This document shows positions 50,924-59,845 of a stretch of DNA of 64,000 bases, piece by piece. A program made the position numbers and the translations under genes. Source of the DNA: an uncultured Clostridium sp. (GTDB lineage: Bacteria; Bacillota; Clostridia; TANB77; CAG-508); assembly GCA_947364715.1 (NCBI GenBank), contig CANAUI010000002.1, forward strand, positions 13,124 through 77,123. The letters run 5' to 3'. Within the stretch, counting starts at the first letter, position 1; each line of letters starts with the position of its first letter. Below the pieces are notes generated by a model, which saw nothing but the letters and a program-made list of their open reading frames with translations, was not told where the DNA came from and ran no database searches.

Positions 50924-51775
50924 ATGAATATAGAATTTCAAGAATTTTTAAACACAGAAATAGGTTTTAGCAATACATTGAAAAACAAAAAGATACAATT
51001 ACTAAATGAAATAAAAGAGACAATTGAAAAAGATAAATTATTTTTAAAACAAGCTATAGAGATTGATTCAAAGAAATGGAAAAAGAAAATAGACTTAGAT
51101 ATATTTTCTAAAATTATTGATGAATATATAGCAATGGAAAAAAAGAATTATACTGTAATGCTAGAAGGAGGAAAATCTGAAATAGAAAAAGTGGTTGTAA
51201 GCTATTATGGAAATCCATATCTAACATTTATTTTATGTATTCAAACTATTATTTATCAAAAACAATTGTTATTAGAAACAGGGGAATTTATGTTATCTAT
51301 CAATACATTTATTGTAAATATAGTAAATCAAATATTGAAAGAAAATCATATACCTAAATTATTGATACATACTATAGAAATATTAGATAAGAGAGCTATT
51401 ATTGAAAAAGAAATAAAAACAATTATAATTGGTGCTACACAAAACAAAGCAAAATATTTTGGAAAATATATTTACATACCATATAATAATTACATAATTT
51501 ATTGTGTAGATGAAGAATTAGAAATGCTAAGTAATAGTATTTATGAATATGCTGATAACAATTTTTTTGAAACAGAGCAATTATTTGAAGAAGATGTAGA
51601 AAAGGCTATAGAAATAATGAATCTTGAAAAAGACTGTATAGTAGTAATATTAACAAAAGACACAAACTTGCAAGAAATGTTTAAAGAGAAAATAAAAAAC
51701 AAACTATATATTAATGAAAATCCATTTTCAAAAGAAGAAATTAATATTCCTACTAATTGTTTAGAATTGAAGTAA
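50924..51775 (+). CDS. Truncated gamma-glutamyl-phosphate reductase (ProA)/ALDH-like protein lacking the catalytic Cys region
   Basis: By-eye colinearity with B. subtilis ProA as I recall it: KNKKIQLLNEIKETIEKDKLFLKQAIEID ~ KDEALSLIANGLRKELDFLLAENAKD; VVVSYYGNPYLT ~ GVVGMIYEARPNVT; IIYCVDEE ~ CHIFIDET; EKAIEIMN..VVILTKD ~ EAVKHIQ..EAILTEN. It is about 130 aa shorter than ProA. Confidence 0.4.
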   Translation: MNIEFQEFLNTEIGFSNTLKNKKIQLLNEIKETIEKDKLFLKQAIEIDSKKWKKKIDLDIFSKIIDEYIAMEKKNYTVMLEGGKSEIEKVVVSYYGNPYLTFILCIQTIIYQKQLLLETGEFMLSINTFIVNIVNQILKENHIPKLLIHTIEILDKRAIIEKEIKTIIIGATQNKAKYFGKYIYIPYNNYIIYCVDEELEMLSNSIYEYADNNFFETEQLFEEDVEKAIEIMNLEKDCIVVILTKDTNLQEMFKEKIKNKLYINENPFSKEEINIPTNCLELK

Positions 51776-51898
51776 AATATATTATAAAATGTAATAGAAT
51801 ACTATGAAAGACTAAATACAAAATTTAATATAAAGAAAAAGAGATAAGGTAAAAATCAAATATTTTTCAATAAATTTGAATTAAGGAAGGGGAAAAAA

Positions 51899-52417
51899 AT
51901 GAATATATTAATTAATGAAGCAAGAATTGAAAAAAGATTAGAGGAAATGGCTAAACAAATAGACAAAGATTACAAAGATAAAGAAATTATTTTAATTGGA
52001 ATTTTAAAAGGTTCAGTTGTATTTATGATAGAATTAGCTAAAAGATTAAAAACAAAAGTACAATTTGAATTTATAGAAGTATCTAGTTATGAAGGAACAG
52101 AAAGTACAGGAAAAGTAAAAATAGTAAAAGACATTAAAAATAGTATTGAAGGAAAAGATGTGCTAATTATAGAGGACATTATAGATACAGGTACAACTTT
52201 AGCATTTTTAAAAGACTATTTACAATTAAAAAAACCAAATAGTTTAAAAATTGCAACTCTACTTAGCAAACCATCAAGAAGAATAAAAGAATTAGAGGTA
52301 GAATATATAGGATTTGGAATAGAAGACAAATTTGTAGTAGGATATGGTTTAGATTATAATCAAAATTATAGAAATTTACCATATATAGGTTATGTGGAAA
52401 ATATTGATGAATTTTAA
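51899..52417 (+). CDS. hpt: Hypoxanthine phosphoribosyltransferase
   Basis: PRPP-binding loop VLIIEDIIDTGTTL and the C-terminal VVGYGLDYNQNYRNLPYIG. Confidence 0.93.
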   Translation: MNILINEARIEKRLEEMAKQIDKDYKDKEIILIGILKGSVVFMIELAKRLKTKVQFEFIEVSSYEGTESTGKVKIVKDIKNSIEGKDVLIIEDIIDTGTTLAFLKDYLQLKKPNSLKIATLLSKPSRRIKELEVEYIGFGIEDKFVVGYGLDYNQNYRNLPYIGYVENIDEF

Positions 52418-52462
52418 AAAGGAAAAGTTTTAAACTTCTCCTTTTTGTTGTAATATAGGAAA

Positions 52463-52571
52463 AAATTGCTTTTTCCTATACTACAAAAATACATTGTACA
52501 CAAAATTGCAAGCAATTTTGGTATGTGAACAATGACGCAGAATTTAGAAATGCTTAAACAAGATAAAAAGT
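52463..52571 (+). repeat. Modular intergenic repeat, copy C3
   Basis: tataggaaaaaattgctttttcctata (perfect module-1 hairpin), then cattgtacacaaaattgc-aa-gcaattttgg, then a truncated module 3 (gtgaacaatgac...). Confidence 0.55.
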
Positions 52572-52780
52572 TAGTATAAATTTTTAGTAAGAAAATTTAT
52601 AGAAAAAAACCATAATTTGACTTTATGTAAAGCTAGATGTTATAATATATAGTGAAGTTTTTTGAGAATTATTACAATATTAATATAGTAACATGTATTT
52701 AGTATTAATAAATATGAATGAAGTTTACTTTTTTAATTTAGTATTATTAAATATTGTCTTATAGAAAGGGATGATTATAA

Positions 52781-55700
52781 ATGAAACCTATAGATAAAAT
52801 ATCAATAGCAGAAATGGAAGATATTTATAAAATATTAGAATTAGGAGATTTGGGGCATATTATAAATTTAGAAAAAATTGAAAAAATAGAAAAAGCCAGA
52901 AGAAATAAATTTCTTACTGAATTTATAGAAACGCAAAAAGGTATAATAGAAAGTACAAATATAAGTGATGAAGAAAAAATGGAAGTTTTTGTTCAATATG
53001 AGAAGTTTGCAGAAGGTAAAATAGAAGAAATAAATGAAAAACAAAGAGGATATATAAAGGCTGAATATAGAGATTTTGTGAAAAGAATAGGAACAGAAAT
53101 AATAATGGAAGAAATTATTATTAAATGGAGTAATTTTATACAAAATAATGCAAATAAAATCAATAAAAATGATATATTAATTGAATTTATGAAAGAAAAC
53201 GAAGATGATATAGATAAGGAAAAGGCCTTATTAATTTCTTTACAAAAACATCTAGAATTAAAAGACACATTAGGTGGTAAAAATAACTCAGAATATGGAA
53301 AATATTTTCAAGATAAAGAAAAAATACAAAAAAACATAGAAAAACTTAAAAAAATGGGAGAAGAGTTCTTAAAAGGTCGAGATATTTCCATTAGTAGATT
53401 GGAGTATCAGAAAACTATTAATAAGGTAAAAGAAGGAGAACATTGTAGAATAAAGGTAACTTCTAGTAAAGAACTTTCAGAAGAAAATTCATTATCTGAA
53501 GCTGAACGTAAACAAATAAGACAACAGGAAAGAGAAACCAAAAAACATATATATAGTCTTCCAAATAAAGCAGTTGCAATAGCATTATCCATTACAACTA
53601 ACATACATGGTCCATTAAAGAAAAATATATTTAATGCTGAAGATTTAGAAATACATATAGGAGATGCAATAAAATTTAATATTGAGTCAGAAGGAATTAT
53701 TGCAGAAGACCAATGGGATAAAATGTCTAGTACTTATCAAATAGATTTAAGTAAAGATTTTGCTAAAGAAGTTTTTAAAGGAATAGAAAAATATATTAAT
53801 GTAGATAAAATGTGTTTAACATCTTTTGTATACATAGTTGGAAAATTAGAGAAAGGTGAGATTTTGTACACAGATGGTACATGGGCACAAGAAGATGAGA
53901 AAAAAAGATATGGTACCAAAGATGAAAAACAAAAATATGAAGATTTAAATTATGAAGAACTATATTTAGAAGCTGAACAATATTTACAAAATTACTATAA
54001 TGTAATAAAAGATAAAGATATAGAAATAGTTATTAATGGAGAAAAATATACAACAGGATATGCTACAGAAGCTATGAAAAAATATATTGATGGAAGATAT
54101 ATGTCATCAAGTATGATGGCAAATATAATTGATTTATTAGTATCTGATAGAAAAACAATCGTTAATCTTACTAAAAATCAATTACAATATATTAGACAGG
54201 AACTTATTAATGTTGGAGCTATAATATTAAAGGAAGATGTAAAAACACTGATAGAAGTAGGAATATTTGATAAATCAACTATTTTAAAACTATACGAAAA
54301 TAGACAAATTGATTTGGAAATTATTAGTGAAATAAAAGGAAGCTTAGATTTAAAAAGTGAAGTAACACCTGAATTTATATTACAACAATTTGATAAATTA
54401 ATGGTGTTAGATGAAGAAAATGAACAATATGAAAAAGAAACTATCAAAAACAATTTTAGCTTATATAAAGAATTATATTTAAAAGGAAAATCAGAAGAAG
54501 AATTAGAAGAGTCAGGAAAAGCTTTAATAGAAGCAATAAATAGGGAAGTACAAGCAGATAAAGAAAAGTCAGAAGAATATAGACAAGAAGGTTTATTAAG
54601 ATATAAATTAATGTCTGAAAGAACATATGCAATATTAACCTCTAAAGGAATTGTAAAACCAGAAAATCTTATAAATATGTATCAAAAAAATGTTATTAGT
54701 ATAGAAACAATAGAACAATTAAAAGAAGAAGGCATTTCTTTTGATAATTTAAATATAGAAGAACAAATTATTGATAGTTATATAAAAATAAGAGAAGAAA
54801 AAGACCCAGATATTGAAGAATTAAAAAAATATATTACTTTATATAAAACATTACAATCAAAAGAATTATCAGAAGAAGATAGAATAGAAGAGGCAAATGA
54901 ATTTATTTGTGAAATAGGAGATAGAATTGAAAATAATGTAAAAGCAGGAAAACAAAAGAGAGAATTTGGAGCAGAAGATAGAGAACGACTATATGAATTA
55001 GGAGTGATTCCACTTGAGACATGGGTAGAATGGAGCGAAAAGGAAGAAATAATTGACATATTAAAAAGAGGAACATTAGTACCAAAAGATATAAGAAAAT
55101 TATATCAAGACAATAGAATTTTATTAAAAGATTTTGAAAAAATTATAAATTCACACAGTATAGAACTATTCCAAAAATTTCATTTGCTTAATACAGTATT
55201 TTCAAGTCATGAGGATGCTGAAATAAGACAAAAATTAATGGGTAAAATAGAAGGGTTAGAAGCTACAGTTAATTCAAGTGACTCAAGTAATTCAACTAAT
55301 TCCAAAAAGAGAATTAATAATGAAGAAGTAGAGTCAGAAGGTACAAATAAAGTTAATGGAAATAAATATATTTTTGACACAGCAGAAAGGTATAATGCTT
55401 GGATTGAAGCAGATGAAAAAGTTGCAATTTCATTATTAGATGATGGTCATGTTGTATTCCAATTACCAAATGTAAGAGGTGGTATAGCAGTTATAGAACA
55501 ACTATATGAAGTAAAAAATGTTAATATAAATGGTAAAAATGAAAAGATATTAGTAGATAAATATGGAACTAAGGGTTATGTTTTAACATTAGATGAATAT
55601 GATGAATTCAAAGAGAAGTTTACAACAGCAGATAACAGAATAAACAGGTCTAAATTAATAAACATTGAAAAACAGTTACCAAGTTTAGAAGATAAAGGTA

Positions 55701-55927
55701 TAACAAGAGAACTAAGACATTTCAAACATAAATATATAAGAGATATCCAAACATTGTTAGGTGTACCAGAGGATTTAACATTAGCAACAACTGATAAAGG
55801 ATTAGAAAAATCTATAAAAAGAATAGAAGATAGTACTGAATATACCCCAGAGGAAAAAGAAAGAATATTAAAAATTTATGCACTTTGGGAACAAGTTAAA
55901 CAGAGTAGAGATTCTTATAGAGAATAA
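52781..55927 (+). CDS. Large (1048 aa) cytoplasmic protein of unknown function
   Basis: Long uninterrupted ORF with genome-typical codon usage and an upstream GAAAGGGA SD. No signal peptide, TM segment, P-loop or nuclease motif was recognised. It looks helical and is rich in K and E. Confidence 0.7.
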   Translation: MKPIDKISIAEMEDIYKILELGDLGHIINLEKIEKIEKARRNKFLTEFIETQKGIIESTNISDEEKMEVFVQYEKFAEGKIEEINEKQRGYIKAEYRDFVKRIGTEIIMEEIIIKWSNFIQNNANKINKNDILIEFMKENEDDIDKEKALLISLQKHLELKDTLGGKNNSEYGKYFQDKEKIQKNIEKLKKMGEEFLKGRDISISRLEYQKTINKVKEGEHCRIKVTSSKELSEENSLSEAERKQIRQQERETKKHIYSLPNKAVAIALSITTNIHGPLKKNIFNAEDLEIHIGDAIKFNIESEGIIAEDQWDKMSSTYQIDLSKDFAKEVFKGIEKYINVDKMCLTSFVYIVGKLEKGEILYTDGTWAQEDEKKRYGTKDEKQKYEDLNYEELYLEAEQYLQNYYNVIKDKDIEIVINGEKYTTGYATEAMKKYIDGRYMSSSMMANIIDLLVSDRKTIVNLTKNQLQYIRQELINVGAIILKEDVKTLIEVGIFDKSTILKLYENRQIDLEIISEIKGSLDLKSEVTPEFILQQFDKLMVLDEENEQYEKETIKNNFSLYKELYLKGKSEEELEESGKALIEAINREVQADKEKSEEYRQEGLLRYKLMSERTYAILTSKGIVKPENLINMYQKNVISIETIEQLKEEGISFDNLNIEEQIIDSYIKIREEKDPDIEELKKYITLYKTLQSKELSEEDRIEEANEFICEIGDRIENNVKAGKQKREFGAEDRERLYELGVIPLETWVEWSEKEEIIDILKRGTLVPKDIRKLYQDNRILLKDFEKIINSHSIELFQKFHLLNTVFSSHEDAEIRQKLMGKIEGLEATVNSSDSSNSTNSKKRINNEEVESEGTNKVNGNKYIFDTAERYNAWIEADEKVAISLLDDGHVVFQLPNVRGGIAVIEQLYEVKNVNINGKNEKILVDKYGTKGYVLTLDEYDEFKEKFTTADNRINRSKLINIEKQLPSLEDKGITRELRHFKHKYIRDIQTLLGVPEDLTLATTDKGLEKSIKRIEDSTEYTPEEKERILKIYALWEQVKQSRDSYRE

Positions 55928-56039
55928 TATAAAGCATTCCATAGAAAATTGCAAAGTAATTTTTGCGGACGAACAAAGACAGGGCATGTAAATAATCTAA
56001 AAGATTAAAATATCTTATATCATGCCCCTTTTGTTCTAT
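55928..56039 (+). repeat. Modular intergenic repeat, copy C4 (modules 2-3)
   Basis: tataaagcattccatagaaaatt..aattttt, then gaacaaagacagggcatg..(loop containing aatctaaaag)..catgccccttttgttc. Confidence 0.6.
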
Positions 56040-56072
56040 TAAAAAGAAAAACGTAATAAAGGAAAGAAAAAA

Positions 56073-57932
56073 ATGTTTAATATAGAAGAAGAATTAAAAA
56101 AATTACCAGGGAAACCTGGTGTATATATTATGCATGATAAAGATGATAATATTATTTATGTTGGTAAAGCTATTTCGTTAAAAAATAGAGTTAGACAATA
56201 TTTTAGAAAAAATAACAAAACAGCTCGAATTGAAAAAATGGTCTCTTTAGTAGACCATTTTGAATATATTGTTGTAGATAATGAAGCAGAAGCTTTAATT
56301 TTAGAATGTAATTTAATAAAAAAGAATAGACCCAAATTTAATGTGTTATTAAAAGATGATAAAACATATCCATATATAAAAATAGATGTAAAATCAGAAT
56401 ATCCAGGAGTATATTACACAAGAAGATTGATAAATGATGGCTCAAAATATTTTGGGCCATATGCTAATCCAGGTGCAGTAAAAGAAATGTTGGATTTTAT
56501 AAAAGAAAGATATAAAATTCATCAATGTAGAACTTTAAAAGAAAGAACTAGACCATGTTTAAATTATCATATAGGTAGATGTTTAGCACCATGTATGGGT
56601 AATATAGATAAAGAAGAATATAGAAAACAAATTAATGAAATTATAGATTTATTAGATGGAAAAACAGATAAAGTTTTAAAAGATTTAGAATTACAAATGC
56701 AAGATGCTTCTCAAAAGATGGAATATGAAAAAGCAGCATATTTAAGAGATAGAAAACAAGCGATAGAAAGAGCATCAAGCAAACAAAAAGTATCTAATAT
56801 ATCTGAAAATACTATTGATGTAATTGGAATTGCAAAATCAGATTTAGAAGTTTGTGTAGAAATCTTTTTTGTAAGAGGAAGCAAAATGATAGGAAGAGAA
56901 CAATACTTTTACAAAGATTTAAAAGATATGGAAAATAGTGAAATTTTATCAGGTTTTATAAAACAATATTATTTTGATAACCCAAACATTCCTAATAAAA
57001 TTATGATAAGAGAAGAAATTGAAGATAAAGAAGCAATTGAAGGGTGGTTATCCACAGAATTAGGAAAAAAAGTGGAAATTAAATCTCCTAAAAAAGGCGA
57101 AAAGTTAAGATTTGTTGAAATGGCAGAAAATAATGCTAAAGTGACACTAGATAATAAGGAAAAAGATAAAAGTGAAATTTTATTAGAATTAAAAGAAGTA
57201 TTAAAAATGGACATATTACCAAGAAAGATTGAAACATTTGATATATCTAATATATCAGGAGAATATATGGTGGCTGGAATGTGTGTGATGCAAGATGGTG
57301 TTATTAAAAAGAATTTATCAAGAAGATTTAAAATAAAAACTGTTTATGGACAAGATGACCCCAAATGTATGGAAGAAGTTATTACTAGAAGATTAAGACA
57401 ATCTATTGAAAACTCAAATGGTGGATTTGGAAAACTTCCAGATGTTATATTCGCAGATGGTGGTATTACTCAAATACGTGCAACAAAACAGGCTATTCAA
57501 AATGTTTTAAATGAACAAAAAGAAATTATTATGAAAGAAGATATAACAGATAAGGATAAACAAGAAAAATTAGAAATGCTAGAAAAAGAATTAGAAATTA
57601 AGGTATGTGGTATGGTAAAAAATGATAAACACCAAACAAGAGCTTTAATGGATGAGGATAGAAATGAATTAACTATTTCAGATACTTTAATGAAATTGAT
57701 TACAAGATTTCAAGATACAGTTCATGATACTGCTATTACTTATCATAGAAAGTTGAGAGATAAGGAAATAACTAAATCTGAATTGGATGATATTAAAGGA
57801 ATTGGTAATGTTAAAAAATTGGCTTTGCTGAAAGAGTTTGGTAGTGTGGAGATGATTAAACAGGCTTCAGTAGACCAGTTGATGAAGGTTAAAGGGATTA
57901 CTAGAGATTTGGCAGAGAGATTGAAAGAGTGA
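56073..57932 (+). CDS. uvrC: Excinuclease ABC subunit C
   Basis: GIY-YIG N-terminus (PGVYIMHDKDDNIIYVGKAISLKNRVRQYF), a UVR domain, and C-terminal (HhH)2 (IKGIGNVKKLALLKEFGS). Confidence 0.95.
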   Translation: MFNIEEELKKLPGKPGVYIMHDKDDNIIYVGKAISLKNRVRQYFRKNNKTARIEKMVSLVDHFEYIVVDNEAEALILECNLIKKNRPKFNVLLKDDKTYPYIKIDVKSEYPGVYYTRRLINDGSKYFGPYANPGAVKEMLDFIKERYKIHQCRTLKERTRPCLNYHIGRCLAPCMGNIDKEEYRKQINEIIDLLDGKTDKVLKDLELQMQDASQKMEYEKAAYLRDRKQAIERASSKQKVSNISENTIDVIGIAKSDLEVCVEIFFVRGSKMIGREQYFYKDLKDMENSEILSGFIKQYYFDNPNIPNKIMIREEIEDKEAIEGWLSTELGKKVEIKSPKKGEKLRFVEMAENNAKVTLDNKEKDKSEILLELKEVLKMDILPRKIETFDISNISGEYMVAGMCVMQDGVIKKNLSRRFKIKTVYGQDDPKCMEEVITRRLRQSIENSNGGFGKLPDVIFADGGITQIRATKQAIQNVLNEQKEIIMKEDITDKDKQEKLEMLEKELEIKVCGMVKNDKHQTRALMDEDRNELTISDTLMKLITRFQDTVHDTAITYHRKLRDKEITKSELDDIKGIGNVKKLALLKEFGSVEMIKQASVDQLMKVKGITRDLAERLKE

Positions 57933-58011
57933 ATAAGTGTAAAAATTGTAATATGTAAGTATGAAATAATAAGATTCGCAAAGTAAAAATATACCTATAA
58001 ATTTATAAAAC

Positions 58012-58040
58012 TTGAAAAAATAATTGATTTGTGTTATAAT
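58012..58040 (+). promoter_or_regulatory. Near-consensus sigma-A promoter in front of the GC-rich island
   Basis: TTGAAA (58012-58017), a 17-nt spacer and TATAAT (58035-58040), with TG at the extended -10 position. Confidence 0.55.
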
Positions 58041-58071
58041 TAAAGTATTAATCAAAGGAGGAATGAGTAGT

Positions 58072-58293
58072 ATGAAGAAAACTTACCTGCGGGCCATCCT
58101 TTGGGCTGGCCTAACTTTGTGGGGAGGAGTGGGTTTTTTGTTCCTCTCCTATCATTGGAAAGAGTTCGTAATTTTTTTAAGAACTCTTTCAGGTGGGGCG
58201 GTTTTAACTGCCGTGATCCCGACGTTTGCGTCGGGTTGGGTGGCTCACATGATGTGGCCACCCAAGAGGAAAAAGGCGGAGAAATCCGCCTAA
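58072..58293 (+). CDS. 73-aa two-TM ORF with strongly atypical GC-rich codons (alternatively a structured ncRNA)
   Basis: AAAGGAGG SD ~10 nt before the ATG. Translation is MKKTYLRAILWAGLTLWGGVGFLFLSYHWKEFVIFLRTLSGGAVLTAVIPTFASGWVAHMMWPPKRKKAEKSA. The same ~220 nt hold five perfect local hairpins plus a long-range helix, and three reading frames are open. Confidence 0.4.
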   Translation: MKKTYLRAILWAGLTLWGGVGFLFLSYHWKEFVIFLRTLSGGAVLTAVIPTFASGWVAHMMWPPKRKKAEKSA

Positions 58294-58319
58294 TTCCCAA
58301 AAAATAGACCATTGAGAAG

Positions 58320-58553
58320 ATGATATGTCTAATCGATGGTCTTGTGCTTGTTTATGCTACTTTTATTCCAGTATCTATAACTTCCTTAACAGAAGAATTT
58401 GAAATTTACAACTACATATTATTGATTATATTTTGTATTAAAAAAAGCAATAACAAAAAATATGTCATAAAAACTGACAAAACTTATAAAAAAATAAGAA
58501 TAAATAAAGTACAAGCTGAATACAATATTATCAAAAATACAAAGGAGGAATAA
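58320..58553 (+). CDS. Possible small membrane protein
   Basis: 77-aa ORF with a weak SD and a hydrophobic N-terminal half. Support is low. Confidence 0.25.
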   Translation: MICLIDGLVLVYATFIPVSITSLTEEFEIYNYILLIIFCIKKSNNKKYVIKTDKTYKKIRINKVQAEYNIIKNTKEE

Positions 58554-58555
58554 TT

Positions 58556-58747
58556 ATGGAATACACACAAGAAAATTTATTAGACTTTGAATTAAGAGAA
58601 GAAGATAAAGAAAAAGCAGGTAAAAAAATTATAAAAGGAATTTATAAACATAAATTTATTTCATTAGTTATATTAGCATTTATCATATTATCAACAATAA
58701 ATGGAATTATGATATATAACTTTTTTAAAATTTTGCAAAACATTTAA
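58556..58747 (+). CDS. Small tail-anchored membrane protein
   Basis: Strong AAAGGAGG SD 7 nt upstream. 63 aa with a C-terminal TM (FISLVILAFIILSTINGIMIY). Confidence 0.5.
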   Translation: MEYTQENLLDFELREEDKEKAGKKIIKGIYKHKFISLVILAFIILSTINGIMIYNFFKILQNI

Positions 58748-58762
58748 ATTTACAAATATTAA

Positions 58763-58817
58763 AAGCTTGTTACAATTCAAAAAATGATATTTATCAGATT
58801 TGAATTGTAGCAAGCTT
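58763..58817. terminator. Long hairpin terminating the small-ORF cluster
   Basis: 19-bp stem aagcttgttacaattcaaa / tttgaattgtagcaagctt (one mismatch). The following sequence is T-rich but has no clean T-run. Confidence 0.55.
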
Positions 58818-58932
58818 ATTTAATGTTAGTAAAAAAAATCAAACCCCTTGGAAAAACAAAAAAAATGTGGTAAAATAAAGCTATTCTAATAATAGGAGGA
58901 ATAGTAGTATAATATACTGCTTAAGAAAAAAT

Positions 58933-59829
58933 ATGAAAATAGCAAATGAATGGAAAGAATATAAAATATTAGACATGGCAGATGGACAAAAATTAGAAAA
59001 ATGGGGAAATGTAATTTTATCTAGGCCAGACCCACAAATTATATGGAAAAATAGAAGTTTTCCAAACAAATGGAAAGAAATAAATGCTGTATATAATAGG
59101 AGTAAAACAGGAGGAGGGTCATGGGACTTTAAGAAAAAAATACCTTCTCAATGGCAAATTCAATATAAAAACTTAACTTTTAATATTAAACCAATGGGAT
59201 TTAAACATACAGGATTATTTCCTGAGCAAGCAGTTAACTGGGATTGGATGATACAAAAAATTAAGAGTGCAAAAAGAGAAATTAAAGTATTAAATTTATT
59301 TGCATATACAGGAGGAGCAACTGTTGCTTGTTTATCAGCAGGAGCATCTGTATGTCATGTAGATAGTTCAAAAGGAATGACTACTTGGGCAAAAGAAAAT
59401 GTAATATCTTCAAAATTACAAGATAGACCAGTTCGATTTATAATAGATGATGTGGTTAAATTTGTAAATAGAGAAATTAGAAGAGGAAATACATATGATG
59501 CTATTATTATGGACCCACCATCATATGGTAGAGGAGCTAAAGGAGAAGTATGGCAATTTGAAAACAATATCTATGATTTAGTAGAATTATGTACAAAAGT
59601 ATTATCAGATAATCCGCTATTTTTCTTAATAAATTCATATACAACAGGAATATCAAGTAAAGTATTAGAAGACATTTTATATTTAACAATATTAAAAAAA
59701 CATAAAGGAAAAATAGAATCAGGAGAAATAGGACTTCCTATGGAAAATTCTGAACTAGTGTTACCATGTGGTATTTATGGTAGATGGGAAAATTGTACAA
59801 ATTCAGATAAAAATAGAAGTAAAAAATGA
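58933..59829 (+). CDS. Class I SAM-dependent (rRNA-type, RlmI/RlmK-like) methyltransferase
   Basis: SAM-binding VLNLFAYTGGATVA and the catalytic-type motif IIMDPPSYGRG. Confidence 0.85.
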   Translation: MKIANEWKEYKILDMADGQKLEKWGNVILSRPDPQIIWKNRSFPNKWKEINAVYNRSKTGGGSWDFKKKIPSQWQIQYKNLTFNIKPMGFKHTGLFPEQAVNWDWMIQKIKSAKREIKVLNLFAYTGGATVACLSAGASVCHVDSSKGMTTWAKENVISSKLQDRPVRFIIDDVVKFVNREIRRGNTYDAIIMDPPSYGRGAKGEVWQFENNIYDLVELCTKVLSDNPLFFLINSYTTGISSKVLEDILYLTILKKHKGKIESGEIGLPMENSELVLPCGIYGRWENCTNSDKNRSKK

Positions 59830-59845
59830 AAAGGACAAAATAAAA

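Noticed and set aside
58047-58293. Assignment of the GC-rich island to a known RNA class (SRP/4.5S, tmRNA, RNase P, 6S, T-box, common riboswitches).
   Set aside because: None of the conserved cores I remember is present. I looked for GGAAGCAGC of SRP domain IV, the tmRNA tRNA-like ends and tag ORF, GAGGAAAGUCC of RNase P, and AGGGUGGNACCGCG of the T-box. The island is left as unclassified rather than named.
58052-58312. ORFs 58052-58312 (-) and 58101-58307 (+), which overlap the 73-aa candidate.
   Set aside because: Stop codons are rare in this GC-rich patch, so several frames stay open. Only the 58072 frame has an SD and ATG behind the promoter. Neither alternative has start signals.
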